Source: an uncultured Candidatus Actinomarina sp.
Lineage (GTDB): Bacteria; Actinomycetota; Acidimicrobiia; Actinomarinales; Actinomarinaceae
DNA: 64,000 bases
NCBI GenBank assembly: GCA_902534495.1
Contig: CACAQC010000001.1
Span: 13,174-77,173 of the forward strand
Reading direction: 5' to 3'
Part shown: positions 26,773-36,763 of the stretch, one piece after another
How the letters are laid out: every line of letters starts with the position of its first letter
How positions within the stretch are numbered: position 1 is the stretch's first letter
Translations under genes and position numbers: made by a program
The notes under the pieces: generated by a model
The model's input: the letters and a program-made list of their open reading frames with translations, nothing else
The model's database searches: none
Told to the model about the DNA's origin: nothing

Positions 26773-28346
26773 ACAAATAAAGATAAAGCTCTCCAACCAA
26801 ATAGGTAAATTAGAATTACAAAAACTAGAAAGAGCAATATTACTGTGATTCTTTTAAATAATGAATTTTCTGCAATCAGAGCCGCATCATCGGACTTAAC
26901 CCTTGCTCTTAGCAATGTAACAAATCTTGCAAAAGGAAAAAATTCGTTGGTTTTGAGGTCTACAACAAGTGACTCTTTATTTTTAGAAAATGTATGAATT
27001 CCCTTGAACATTGAATTCTCAGTAGGCTTTAACTCTCCAACTACAGCTTCTTTAAATTCATAAGGACTAAGCTGTTCAATTTTGTTAAACACTAAAGATG
27101 TTCCGTATTCAGGAAAACAGTTTTGAGCAGGTCTAATTAGAGAATCTCCTTCTTTAAACATCGAACCACCACCCCGAGAGTTGCTTAAGTTAATTTTTAC
27201 AGGATTAAGACTGTGTGGAGTCCACTCGGTAAGTGGGTTTTTGGCATAAAATATATTTAGGTACGAATGTCCCCCCATGCGTCCATCGGTCGCAAAAATA
27301 TACCAAGCATTATTGTGTTCTACGATAGTGGGATCAACACCTGCAAAACCATCTATTACAGTATTTACTTTCTTAAGTGAATCTTGATCTACCCTATAAA
27401 TTTCAATTTTATTACTCTGCGCACCTTCTGGTATTAAATATGTTTCTCCTTCGTGTTCAAAAGTGCAAGGATATGAATAATGAATATTGTCAGAAGTTTT
27501 TATATCCTTTATGCTTTTGTTTTCAAAGCTATATTTTGCTAATTTTCCGGTTCCAAGGAAATAATTGAATTTTTCAAAATATAGAGAGTTTTCATTTTCA
27601 GAATAAAAAGGATCTGCTTTGAAGTTCCAAGCACGATCATTGAAGACTTTTTTTAGCATTGACTCATCCAGATAGTTTTGCCCAAAAATGTCTAAGATTC
27701 TTGGATACGTATAAATACTCCACGAGGGATAATTGAAAATTAAAGAATAAATTTTTTTAGTTAAAGAAGTGAGTCTTGAGTTTATAACTGAAGTCGATTC
27801 CTGCATTAATTTTTTATAATTTGTACTTATTTCAGTATTTCTGTTTGTGATTAGAAACTTTAAAGAATCTAGGTGTTTTGATATAGATTTACTTTCACTA
27901 AATTTTGCTTCTTCAGTCCATGAAACATTGATTATTTTGTTTTTACTTTTATTTCTTTGTGTCAGGTAAGTTATAAATTTAAATTTATCTAAATTTTGTC
28001 CGTAATAAGACTTTTCAAACTTTTGAACACTATTTTCATTACTAAAATAAATAATATTTTCGCCGTATGTAAAATCTATAGGTTTTTCAGATAACCAAAT
28101 CAAGTTACCTGAGTACTGAGAACTTTCTATTACCGAAATTCTCTCTACATCTTCAAACAGTTCAGAAATAGTTATTTTGAATAAGTTTTTACAAACTATA
28201 CGGTTTAATGAAAGAACTAAAGAAAAGTCATCATAATTTGTTATGTATATTTTTTCTAGATTGTTTTCTGTATACAATTTATTGATTAACTGGTATTTCC
28301 AGTAACTGACTGTGTGCCCATCTACAACAACTGATGATTTATTCAT
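26769..28346 (-). CDS. GINT1_N-like five-bladed beta-propeller glycoside hydrolase-like protein with C-terminal TM
   Basis: KADPF, YFE, HYSYP, IPE, VDPT, RPAQNC...YG, GIHT motifs. Confidence 0.7.
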   Translation of the reverse strand: MNKSSVVVDGHTVSYWKYQLINKLYTENNLEKIYITNYDDFSLVLSLNRIVCKNLFKITISELFEDVERISVIESSQYSGNLIWLSEKPIDFTYGENIIYFSNENSVQKFEKSYYGQNLDKFKFITYLTQRNKSKNKIINVSWTEEAKFSESKSISKHLDSLKFLITNRNTEISTNYKKLMQESTSVINSRLTSLTKKIYSLIFNYPSWSIYTYPRILDIFGQNYLDESMLKKVFNDRAWNFKADPFYSENENSLYFEKFNYFLGTGKLAKYSFENKSIKDIKTSDNIHYSYPCTFEHEGETYLIPEGAQSNKIEIYRVDQDSLKKVNTVIDGFAGVDPTIVEHNNAWYIFATDGRMGGHSYLNIFYAKNPLTEWTPHSLNPVKINLSNSRGGGSMFKEGDSLIRPAQNCFPEYGTSLVFNKIEQLSPYEFKEAVVGELKPTENSMFKGIHTFSKNKESLVVDLKTNEFFPFARFVTLLRARVKSDDAALIAENSLFKRITVILLFLVFVILIYLFGWRALSLFV

Positions 28347-28378
28347 TATGAACTAGTTTATTTAACTAAACGAACTAT

Positions 28379-30247
28379 TTAAACTAAATGTTTTTTATGC
28401 CAAGTTATGATGTGGTCAAACCTCTGTTTTCTATGAACAGGTGTACCTGACCTTGAAAGCTCATGGCTTTCACCTGGAAAACGTAACATTGCTGTTTTGA
28501 TACCTCTTTTTTTCAAGTTTGAGAAGAGTTGTTCGGCTTGCTCTATTGGACATCTATAGTCTTCTTGAGAGTGGATTATTAAAGTCGGTGTTTTAATATT
28601 TGACGCATATGTCATAGGACTTTTTTTTCTGTATAGGTCTATATTTTTCGACATATCATCTAGCAGGTACATTTCTGGGAAACCTATTCCAATATCAGAT
28701 GTTCCAACCATGGTTTCCCAATTAAGTAGAGCACGTTCAACAATTGCAGATTGAAAAGCATTTGGATTGTGACTAATTATCCAAGATGTCATAAATCCAC
28801 CGTAAGATCCACCCATTATGCCATCTTTTTTATTGGTTATTCCCATTACTTTTTTCATTTTCTTAAATGAAGTAAGAACATCGTGCATATCATTTACACC
28901 CCACTTGTTTCCACAAACATCTCTTAAGAATTCATGACCTCTTCCAGCAGAACCTCTTGGATTACAAGCGATTACATTAAACCCTGCAGAAGCGTAAGTT
29001 TGAAACTCATCAAAAAATGTAAATCCATATTGACTTGCAGGCCCACCATGTATGTTTAAGATTGTAGGCTTGTCTTTTCCTACAAATATTCCCCATGTGT
29101 CAATCTCTGACTTACCTGTATCAATTCTTTCATATATGCAATCTCTTGTTCTAACGTTTTGAACAAAAGAATCATTGGCTTTCGATATTTTATTTAGCTC
29201 TCCTTCTATCAGTTCATATACCTCGTCAGGACTTGAAAACGAGTTTGCTATAACATAAGTATTCCCATTGCTAAAGGCAAAGTCTTTGATAGTGATATTT
29301 TGGTCAATTAAGTCAATTTTTTCATTTCCATTTCTTAGTAGTGTTTTTCCAGAGTCTTCATATAGAAAATAAAGAATAGATTCGTGCACTTCCGCTTTAA
29401 CTATATTTCTATCAAACAATCTGTATTTAAAGGAAACTTTTCCTGATTGAGAGAATTTTAAAATTGTAGTATTGGTAGGCCATTCAAACCTATTCCTTAA
29501 GCCAACAGCATGAAGTTCGTCCTCATAGTAAAACAAATTTCCCATCATGCCTTTTGTAAATATATCTACAATTTTTTTATTTTTTAAATATCCAATTCTT
29601 TCTTCAAGCATCGTGCCTTTTGAATTGTGCTTGTCATAAGAGAAAGTAAGTACACCATTATTTTCTACTAAAGAATCAATTGAAATGATATTATGTTTAT
29701 CACCGTCTACAACCTTATTAGATTTACCGGTTTGAAGATTAACTTTGTAGACATTTCCTCTTTTGTTATAGATGATTCCTCTTGTATCAAATCTAAAAGG
29801 AAGATTTTCGTAGTACATAGGCTCTGAATCTTTTGATTCAATATTCTTAAATTCCTCATTCCACTCACTAGTAATAACATATAGAAACTTTTCATCATTA
29901 CTAAGTAGATAGTTATTAATACTTCCCTCAATCTCAAAAATTGAGCTTACAGACCTTCCTGACTGTATTTCAATAGTTGAAGATGCTTTTTTAGACTTAC
30001 TCTTGTCCTCAACAGACCTATTTGTTTTTATATAAAAAATGTCGTTTGTTTTCTTTGCGAATTTTGGATTACTGAAATTATTATTACCGGATTTAAATTT
30101 TCTCCAGTTCCCATTGTTCATTCTCCAAAGTTCACTTACATAGGCATTAGTTTCAAAATCCATACGAGTACTTTGCACAATTAAGTTGGAATTTTTAGCT
30201 ACAAGATTTGATAGAGTGTTGAACGAATTTAAATTCTCTGGTTTCAT
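28379..30247 (-). CDS. S9 family peptidase (acylaminoacyl-peptidase-like)
   Basis: IHGGP, NPRGSAG, GGSYGG, EDYRCP, GESHELSRSG triad motifs. Confidence 0.92.
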   Translation of the reverse strand: MKPENLNSFNTLSNLVAKNSNLIVQSTRMDFETNAYVSELWRMNNGNWRKFKSGNNNFSNPKFAKKTNDIFYIKTNRSVEDKSKSKKASSTIEIQSGRSVSSIFEIEGSINNYLLSNDEKFLYVITSEWNEEFKNIESKDSEPMYYENLPFRFDTRGIIYNKRGNVYKVNLQTGKSNKVVDGDKHNIISIDSLVENNGVLTFSYDKHNSKGTMLEERIGYLKNKKIVDIFTKGMMGNLFYYEDELHAVGLRNRFEWPTNTTILKFSQSGKVSFKYRLFDRNIVKAEVHESILYFLYEDSGKTLLRNGNEKIDLIDQNITIKDFAFSNGNTYVIANSFSSPDEVYELIEGELNKISKANDSFVQNVRTRDCIYERIDTGKSEIDTWGIFVGKDKPTILNIHGGPASQYGFTFFDEFQTYASAGFNVIACNPRGSAGRGHEFLRDVCGNKWGVNDMHDVLTSFKKMKKVMGITNKKDGIMGGSYGGFMTSWIISHNPNAFQSAIVERALLNWETMVGTSDIGIGFPEMYLLDDMSKNIDLYRKKSPMTYASNIKTPTLIIHSQEDYRCPIEQAEQLFSNLKKRGIKTAMLRFPGESHELSRSGTPVHRKQRFDHIITWHKKHLV

Positions 30248-30256
30248 TTGCTTATT

Positions 30257-31621
30257 CTATTTAGTAAATCTGTCTGCAACAAACGTAATTATGACTGACG
30301 ATACTAAGGCAATAACAAAAGTATTAAGATCAGCTAATCCGTAGAGGTCTGTTGGAACAAATAAACCTCCAGGATTTTCTTCTAAATTAATAAACAAATA
30401 CCTGTACACAAACACTGAAACAAGGGAACCTACAAAAGGTAGAATAAGCAGAATATCTTTACTCGTTTTTTTAATTCTGTAAAAAGCAGGAAAAACTAGG
30501 CTTGTTGCTAGAAGATCAGCAACTAAAAATACGGTAAAAATATTAGTTACTCTTGTTGAAGCAAAAAGCGCCAAGATAATAACTAATAAAGTTATATTAT
30601 TAGCTTCTCTACTTCCTTTTTTGATTAAGTCTATCGATATAGTAGACGAGATAGCATTTTCCAATGTATCAACGCTTGATGTTACCAAGAGAGTTGCTAA
30701 GGAGATTAAAACCAAAACAGTCATGGAATTCAAACTCAATTGATCTATAAAGCTTAAAGTGGGAATTTCTAAACCTTTCCCAGCACCAACTGCACCCGCA
30801 ATGCCCAATAGAAGAATTGTTATAAAAACCCCTAATCCTGAGTAGATACTAGCTTTCTTGATTGTCGTTTCATTCATAGCTGAGAAGGTTCTTTGCCAAT
30901 AACCAGTAGAAAATATCTCAGCTGCTGTAACCGCAATTATGACTGCGAGCGCTGATTTCAAGCTATATGTTTCAAAAGTATTTAACCCACCAAGCACTGC
31001 AAAATCTACAATTTCATCGATGCTATTTTGACTAAACCAAATACTAAACAAAAAGGTTAAAAGAAGTATTATTCCAATCCCTTGAATTTTATCAGTTAGA
31101 TAAGAAGCTTTAAATCCTGACTTATTTAGATACAAAAAAGTAGTAGCTGCAACTAATGCTGCAACCACAATACCTGAAACATCAGAGATTGCCTCAAATA
31201 AATAACTTATTGATGCGAACTCAGCTATTAGGAATGCACTCATGTAAATAACAGCTACTAAAGAAACAATTTTTTGTGCTACAGATCCATATTTTTTTTC
31301 AACGAACTGAGCTAAAGTAACACCATTAGGAAGTAGCTTAGAAATTTTTGGGCCAAATATATATATCAAAATAAAAGGAGTCGCAGCTGAAATTGCGTAT
31401 CCATAAATATCATATCCAAGTCCATACCATGCAACTTCAGCTGGTGAAGTTAATATCCACAAACCCATTCCGCTTGCATAGAAACTCATAGTTAATCCAA
31501 AAGTTTTTTCTGTCTTATCAAGTACAAAGTATTCGCTATCAACTGTCTTGATATTTCTAGTAACAAGAAATACCATTACAAGCAACGATGCAATTACCAA
31601 ATAAGCTATATTTGTATTCAT
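30257..31621 (-). CDS. Sodium:solute symporter family protein, probable thiamine/HMP transporter (ThiV-like)
   Basis: Multi-TM; ASGMGLWIL, GFKASYLTDKIQG, GYWQR, SSVDT; TPP riboswitch upstream. Confidence 0.8.
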   Translation of the reverse strand: MNTNIAYLVIASLLVMVFLVTRNIKTVDSEYFVLDKTEKTFGLTMSFYASGMGLWILTSPAEVAWYGLGYDIYGYAISAATPFILIYIFGPKISKLLPNGVTLAQFVEKKYGSVAQKIVSLVAVIYMSAFLIAEFASISYLFEAISDVSGIVVAALVAATTFLYLNKSGFKASYLTDKIQGIGIILLLTFLFSIWFSQNSIDEIVDFAVLGGLNTFETYSLKSALAVIIAVTAAEIFSTGYWQRTFSAMNETTIKKASIYSGLGVFITILLLGIAGAVGAGKGLEIPTLSFIDQLSLNSMTVLVLISLATLLVTSSVDTLENAISSTISIDLIKKGSREANNITLLVIILALFASTRVTNIFTVFLVADLLATSLVFPAFYRIKKTSKDILLILPFVGSLVSVFVYRYLFINLEENPGGLFVPTDLYGLADLNTFVIALVSSVIITFVADRFTK

Positions 31622-31659
31622 TAATAACCACCTTCAATAGTTTGTAATGGGGATAAAAG

Positions 31660-31740
31660 TTATGATTTCCCTTCGTTGGAATTACCCAACAGGTTCATAC
31701 GGTCGGTTTTACAACCCTCTCAGCTTTTGCTCCCGCTAAT
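31660..31740 (-). ncRNA. TPP riboswitch
   Basis: Minus strand GGGAGC..GCTGAGAGG..GACCGTATGAACCTGTTGGGTAATTCCAACGAAGGGA matches the THI-box core. Confidence 0.92.
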
Positions 31741-31800
31741 TTAATAATAGCGACAATTGTCAATAAGAGTTATCTTTATGAGAGCATTAATATTTCTAGG

Positions 31801-32715
31801 GTGAAATCATCTACGAACACAGCAATACAGCAGCCAACATTATTTCAAACCATTGCTGCTATTTTTATTGCTGCATTTATGTGGGGAATGGGTAATGTGT
31901 TATCTAGAAGTCTCCTCATAGAAGGTATTAACGAAATTTATCTTGTTACGGTAAGGGTTTGTTTGATTGGGTCTTTGTTATTTTTATACTATGCCATTTT
32001 TATTAGAGAAAGATTTCAATCAACAATTTTTAAAGAAGCAACTATAACGGGGTTCTTCTCTGTGTTTTCAATTAGTTGGTTTTTTATATTTGCACTCCAA
32101 CATATTTCTTCAGGCCTTGTGACTCTTCTCATTAGTTCTGCACCAGTATTTACTGTAATTTGGATAAAGCTACTTTTAAAGAATGAAGAGATCTCAAAAA
32201 CTAGATACTTAGCAATACTTGTAGGCTTTACAGGTATTGCATATTTATTTTTAAGGCAGGAAACCGGGCTTTTGGATGAAGGAAACATACTCCTAGGAGG
32301 AACACTGGCATTTTTTGGAGTGCAGTGTATTTCATTGGCAACAGTGTTAAATAGAATGTACGCACCCAAATATAAAGTTGCTACCTGGTTGAGCTACCAA
32401 TACCCATTGATGATTATCGCATCATTAATTGCATATATATTTTTTGATATTGAGGCTGAAACATTAAATTTATCTCAAGTATTTAGGATAGCCGCTTTAG
32501 TCATTGCAAATTTAAGTGCATTCACAGCTTTTACCTGGTTAATAAGGAGAGTAAGTGCACTACAAGTTGCCTCAGTAGACTATCTAGTACCTATTGTTGG
32601 GGTGACTGCCGGTGTATTATTTTTAGGAGAATCTTTTAATACAAATATCTTTGTTTCCGGGGTTTTTATTTTTATTTCACTGTTGCTAAACACTAAGGAA
32701 GAATTTTCAAGTTAA
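31801..32715 (+). CDS. DMT/EamA family transporter
   Basis: About 10 TM helices, MWG, SSAPVF, YLVPIVG..LFLGE. Confidence 0.88.
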   Translation: MKSSTNTAIQQPTLFQTIAAIFIAAFMWGMGNVLSRSLLIEGINEIYLVTVRVCLIGSLLFLYYAIFIRERFQSTIFKEATITGFFSVFSISWFFIFALQHISSGLVTLLISSAPVFTVIWIKLLLKNEEISKTRYLAILVGFTGIAYLFLRQETGLLDEGNILLGGTLAFFGVQCISLATVLNRMYAPKYKVATWLSYQYPLMIIASLIAYIFFDIEAETLNLSQVFRIAALVIANLSAFTAFTWLIRRVSALQVASVDYLVPIVGVTAGVLFLGESFNTNIFVSGVFIFISLLLNTKEEFSS

Positions 32716-33285
32716 ATTAAGTTCTTCCTTTACTTTTTTCAGATCTTGCCACGTTAGCCATTTAGGCTTACCTTTTTCTTTTGACGGATTTCGAAGTAAG
32801 TAAGATGGATGAAAAATAGGCATGTATTTAGTATCATCTTTTATTATCCATTTCCCTCTAATTTTTGATATTGGTTCACTCACTTGAAGATAAGATTCTA
32901 CAGCAGTTGAACCTGCCAGTACAACTACTTTTGGTTTTATAATTGCAATTTGTTTATCTAACCAAGGAATACATTCTGATACTTCACTTCTATGTGGCTT
33001 TCTATTTCCCGGCGGTCTACATTTAACAATATTTGAAATGTAACAATCTTTGTTTGTATCAATGCCAACTGATAAAAATGCTGAATCTAACATTTTTCCA
33101 GCCCTTCCAACAAAAGCAACCCCTTGTTCATCTTCTTGTTGACCTGGCCCTTCACCTATTACAAACAGCTTTGAGTTTGGATTTCCTCGACCAAAAACTA
33201 CATTTTTTCGTGTTAAAGATAAAGAACATTTCTTACATTCAATGCATTCGCTATTTAAAGCTTGAAATTTTATTTGATTAACCAT
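32707..33285 (-). CDS. Uracil-DNA glycosylase family 4 (4Fe-4S)
   Basis: CKKC, GEGPG, FVGRAG, NIVKCRPPGNR, FHPSYLLR. Confidence 0.95.
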   Translation of the reverse strand: MVNQIKFQALNSECIECKKCSLSLTRKNVVFGRGNPNSKLFVIGEGPGQQEDEQGVAFVGRAGKMLDSAFLSVGIDTNKDCYISNIVKCRPPGNRKPHRSEVSECIPWLDKQIAIIKPKVVVLAGSTAVESYLQVSEPISKIRGKWIIKDDTKYMPIFHPSYLLRNPSKEKGKPKWLTWQDLKKVKEELNLT

Positions 33286-33618
33286 TTTATAAAAATACTA
33301 GCCATTTTTCATTAATTGAACACCTAAGGTTATTAGGTTCCTTGGGATTTTGTATACCAACAAATCTGGGAGCGTTTGTTTTAATAACTAAATTTATTTT
33401 TTACCAGAGTGTTAAATTTTTAGTAAACAGATTTTAAACAATAGGAAACTTTTCGAACAGATATAAAACGAGAAAACCCTTGAAAACTCCGCAATCTGTT
33501 TCCAGATTTCCTGTCTCAAGGGTTATCTCTTGATACTTCTTGTAATGATCATCTATAAAGATTTTCTTCACAAAAAGTACTTTAAATATATATCTATAAA
33601 TAATAGAAATCAAAAAAT

Positions 33619-34557
33619 TTATGAGGAATTTTTCCCACTCTCACGTCTCTTCATAAACATAGCTGTAATAATTGCTATCGATGCAATCCCAAGCAAAGCA
33701 CTCAGAAATGTTGATACAAAATTATTATTTATAGTACTTATTCCGTAATCTTCAAGTAAAAGCACTATGCCATCTGTTTCCTGAAAACCGAATTCTTCAG
33801 CAACAGATTCTAGGCCATCTGGGGAAGAGGAGGCAAATGGTGTAATTAGACTCAGTAGTAAAATTAACATGATGAACAATCCATAAAAAGAAACAGCTCT
33901 CGTATTTTTATCTTCTCTATCGTAAGCGAATATAAGATCTGGTCGAACCCTTATTAGCAATCCAACAATTAGGGCTGTGATTACTCCCTCTCCAAGTCCA
34001 ATTAAAAAGTGAACCGATATCATTGCTATTAAAACTGTCCCAACCGGTATAGATATAGTTCCACCTAATATGTACTGAACCATAAACGCAATTGACGAAA
34101 AAACAACACTAACAATTCCAGACAAAACGCTGACAATTATTAATGATGAAGAGGTTTTGCCAATAAACTTTATCCAATACTTCACGACGACCCAGGCGGT
34201 AACAGAGGTTACAATTGCCATATTCATCACATTTATTCCCAACGCACTTAGTCCACCATCTGCGAATAGAAGAGACTGAATTATTACAACCACTGAAAGA
34301 CAGATTAAACCAAGTCTAGGTCCAAGAACTATGACAGCCAAAGCTCCTCCTAATAGATGGCCACTAGTTCCTGCTGCAACAGGAAAATTTATCATTTGTA
34401 GAACAAAAATTAAAGCAGTCATCATCCCAGTTAGAGCAATAAATTTATCAGCTATCAAGGAACTTGCAGATTTTATGTATGCCCACAAAGTTCCAAAGCT
34501 AATAACTCCCGTTGCTGCTGACACAGAAGCATTAATGAATCCGTCAGGTACATGCAT
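33619..34557 (-). CDS. CbiM/NikM-NikN fusion, Ni/Co ECF transporter S component with PDGLE domain
   Basis: N-terminal MHVPDG, GTSGHLLGG, DGGLSALG, SSSPDGLE. Confidence 0.9.
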   Translation of the reverse strand: MHVPDGFINASVSAATGVISFGTLWAYIKSASSLIADKFIALTGMMTALIFVLQMINFPVAAGTSGHLLGGALAVIVLGPRLGLICLSVVVIIQSLLFADGGLSALGINVMNMAIVTSVTAWVVVKYWIKFIGKTSSSLIIVSVLSGIVSVVFSSIAFMVQYILGGTISIPVGTVLIAMISVHFLIGLGEGVITALIVGLLIRVRPDLIFAYDREDKNTRAVSFYGLFIMLILLLSLITPFASSSPDGLESVAEEFGFQETDGIVLLLEDYGISTINNNFVSTFLSALLGIASIAIITAMFMKRRESGKNSS

Positions 34558-34607
34558 AAGGTAAGTTTAGAAAAGGAATAAATTATTGCAAATTATTTGC
34601 AATAAGA

Positions 34608-35348
34608 TTAAATTATCTGTTTTTCCCTCAACCATCTGTGTAGTTCACTCAACACAAATGGCCTAGTATCTTGATTAAGAATTTCATGTTTTGAATTTTC
34701 TACAGTTATAAACTCCACATTCTCCAATTGTTTAATTCCATTCGACGCCTCAATTGGAACGATAGTATCATTTTCTCCGTGAAATAAAATTGTCGGAGTA
34801 CTCAAGTTTTCAATATTATTATTTACAAATGTCTGGTTATCAATCAATTCTTTACCATATCTTGCAGTAACTGAGCGAAAAACAAGAGGATCCTGAAAAT
34901 AATCTTCAACAACTTCTTTATCTGTTGAGAGATTTTTTTTACTGACAGATGATGGAAACCTAAATTTTGGAGCTATTTTGGAAATTATGATTGATAGTTT
35001 TTTTACTACGTTTGGATAATTGTCATCTAATGTAGGTGCTGAAAGAATTAAGTAGTCGGGGTCAAGTAGCCCACTCAGTATAGAATATAATGCAACTTGC
35101 CCACCAAAAGAGTGACCAAACAAAATTTTTGTTTCACAATGCTCAATTTTCTTAAAAGAGGTTTGTAATACACTATCAACCTCTTCCCAAGAACTAATAT
35201 CTCCTTTGATTAGAGCATTTTCTCCATGACCTGGTAAATCAATAAGGTGTGACTCGATACCAAGTTTTTCGAACCATTCTTTGTTGAGTCTATGTCTTTC
35301 TTTGTGTTCAAAAAAACCGTGAAATAATATCAGTCCAGTTTTACTCAT
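34608..35348 (-). CDS. Alpha/beta hydrolase (lysophospholipase-like)
   Basis: HGFFEH, DLPGHG, GHSFGG, HGENDTIV, KHEILN. Confidence 0.88.
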   Translation of the reverse strand: MSKTGLILFHGFFEHKERHRLNKEWFEKLGIESHLIDLPGHGENALIKGDISSWEEVDSVLQTSFKKIEHCETKILFGHSFGGQVALYSILSGLLDPDYLILSAPTLDDNYPNVVKKLSIIISKIAPKFRFPSSVSKKNLSTDKEVVEDYFQDPLVFRSVTARYGKELIDNQTFVNNNIENLSTPTILFHGENDTIVPIEASNGIKQLENVEFITVENSKHEILNQDTRPFVLSELHRWLREKQII

Positions 35349-35373
35349 TCTAATTATTAATTATATAGAATAA

Positions 35374-36099
35374 TTGATAATGTATTTGGACTTCATCAAA
35401 ACACCATTTAACAACAATCCTTCAATGCAAAAATATTCAGGTAGTTTGATTAGTGAAACACCCAGGAGTAGTTATCTTGAACAAAAAATAAACCAAGTTG
35501 CTTTATACGGAAGCGATCTATATGGTGAAACAGAATTATTTCAACGATTAAACTTACTAGAAAAAGTTGAAGAAAAACTCAAAATTAATAAAAACAACTC
35601 TTTAAAAGATCTGTCTTTTCAAATAGAAGAAGATATTGCTGTAATGCATAAAGGAAAGCTAGAAGGAATAAGTTTTGTATTTCCAAGTGGCTGGATACCT
35701 TCGAAAGCCATAGGGAGAGATTTTTCGTTTTTGCATAAGCCTGTTGCGGACAATGAGCTACTTATGAAATCAAGTGATAAATTAACGAAATATATGTGCA
35801 AAAATACAATCCAAAGGTGGGTATGGAATGTAACAACAATTAAAGAATTGAGTAATCATCCAGAAGTAGCGAGACCTGAAGTTGTAAGTTTTGAAAATTT
35901 ATTCTTTCGACTTGAAACACAAATATCTACACCACTAGACACCAACACAAGCTTGTTCCTTGTTTTGGTTGAAGTATATCCATTGAGTGAAGTTTGGGAA
36001 TCTACTATTTTAGATAGCATTAACTCTATGAGTGAAAGTATTTTGAGTTATAAAAAACTAACAGATATAAAAAAGTATTTAAATAGTTTAAAATTCTAA
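35374..36099 (+). CDS. DUF3445 heme-dependent oxidative N-demethylase alpha-subunit-like protein
   Basis: EEDIAVM, FPSGW, LHKPVAD, QRWVW, FRLETQ. Confidence 0.75.
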   Translation: MIMYLDFIKTPFNNNPSMQKYSGSLISETPRSSYLEQKINQVALYGSDLYGETELFQRLNLLEKVEEKLKINKNNSLKDLSFQIEEDIAVMHKGKLEGISFVFPSGWIPSKAIGRDFSFLHKPVADNELLMKSSDKLTKYMCKNTIQRWVWNVTTIKELSNHPEVARPEVVSFENLFFRLETQISTPLDTNTSLFLVLVEVYPLSEVWESTILDSINSMSESILSYKKLTDIKKYLNSLKF

Positions 36100-36104
36100 T
36101 ACAG

Positions 36105-36512
36105 ATGAATTATGTATATATTGCAGGACCATTATTTGATGATCATGAGAGAAATTATCTAGAAAGTATCGCGGAAATATTTGAAACTAGGGGCTACAAA
36201 ACTTTTTTGCCTCATCGAGATGCAGGTGTTGTTTCAGATCAATATACTGAAGATGAAAAGAAAAAAATTTTTACAACAGATCTTAATGCGTTAGAGCAAG
36301 CAGACATAATAGTCGCATTATTAACAGGAAGAGATGTAGACTCTGGAACTGCAGCTGAGATTGGTTACGCATTTGCGAACAATAAAAGATTAATTGGTAT
36401 TGATGCAAATAATGTAAAATTTTTGAATATTTTCATCTGGGGACTATTGGATAATGGTAGCAAAATAGTAAACAACCTAAGTGATCTGGAGAAACATTTA
36501 GATGAAAAATAG
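36105..36512 (+). CDS. Nucleoside 2-deoxyribosyltransferase / RCL-like N-glycosidase
   Basis: VYIAGPLF, FLPHRD, DSGTAAEIGYA. Confidence 0.9.
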   Translation: MNYVYIAGPLFDDHERNYLESIAEIFETRGYKTFLPHRDAGVVSDQYTEDEKKKIFTTDLNALEQADIIVALLTGRDVDSGTAAEIGYAFANNKRLIGIDANNVKFLNIFIWGLLDNGSKIVNNLSDLEKHLDEK

Positions 36513-36699
36513 GTATATAAATATTTTTATTGCTTTCTTTTTCTCAGGAACAATTGTCAGTTTAATTTTTAGATTGATTGACTATGTTTTGTTTAGAAAC
36601 TCTGAATTCAATTTGTCTAATTGGTCTTATTCAAATTCAATACTTTTTATATTGGCACTATTTATAACTTATTCATGGATAAGAAAGAATAAAACTTAA
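36502..36699 (+). CDS. Small two-TM membrane protein
   Basis: 65-aa hydrophobic ORF overlapping the upstream stop. Confidence 0.55.
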   Translation: MKNRYINIFIAFFFSGTIVSLIFRLIDYVLFRNSEFNLSNWSYSNSILFILALFITYSWIRKNKT

Positions 36700-36763
36700 T
36701 ATTTAAGTTCTGTTTTTAAATCTGGTAAATCTTTTTCTGTCTTCAAGATATAATTTTATTACC

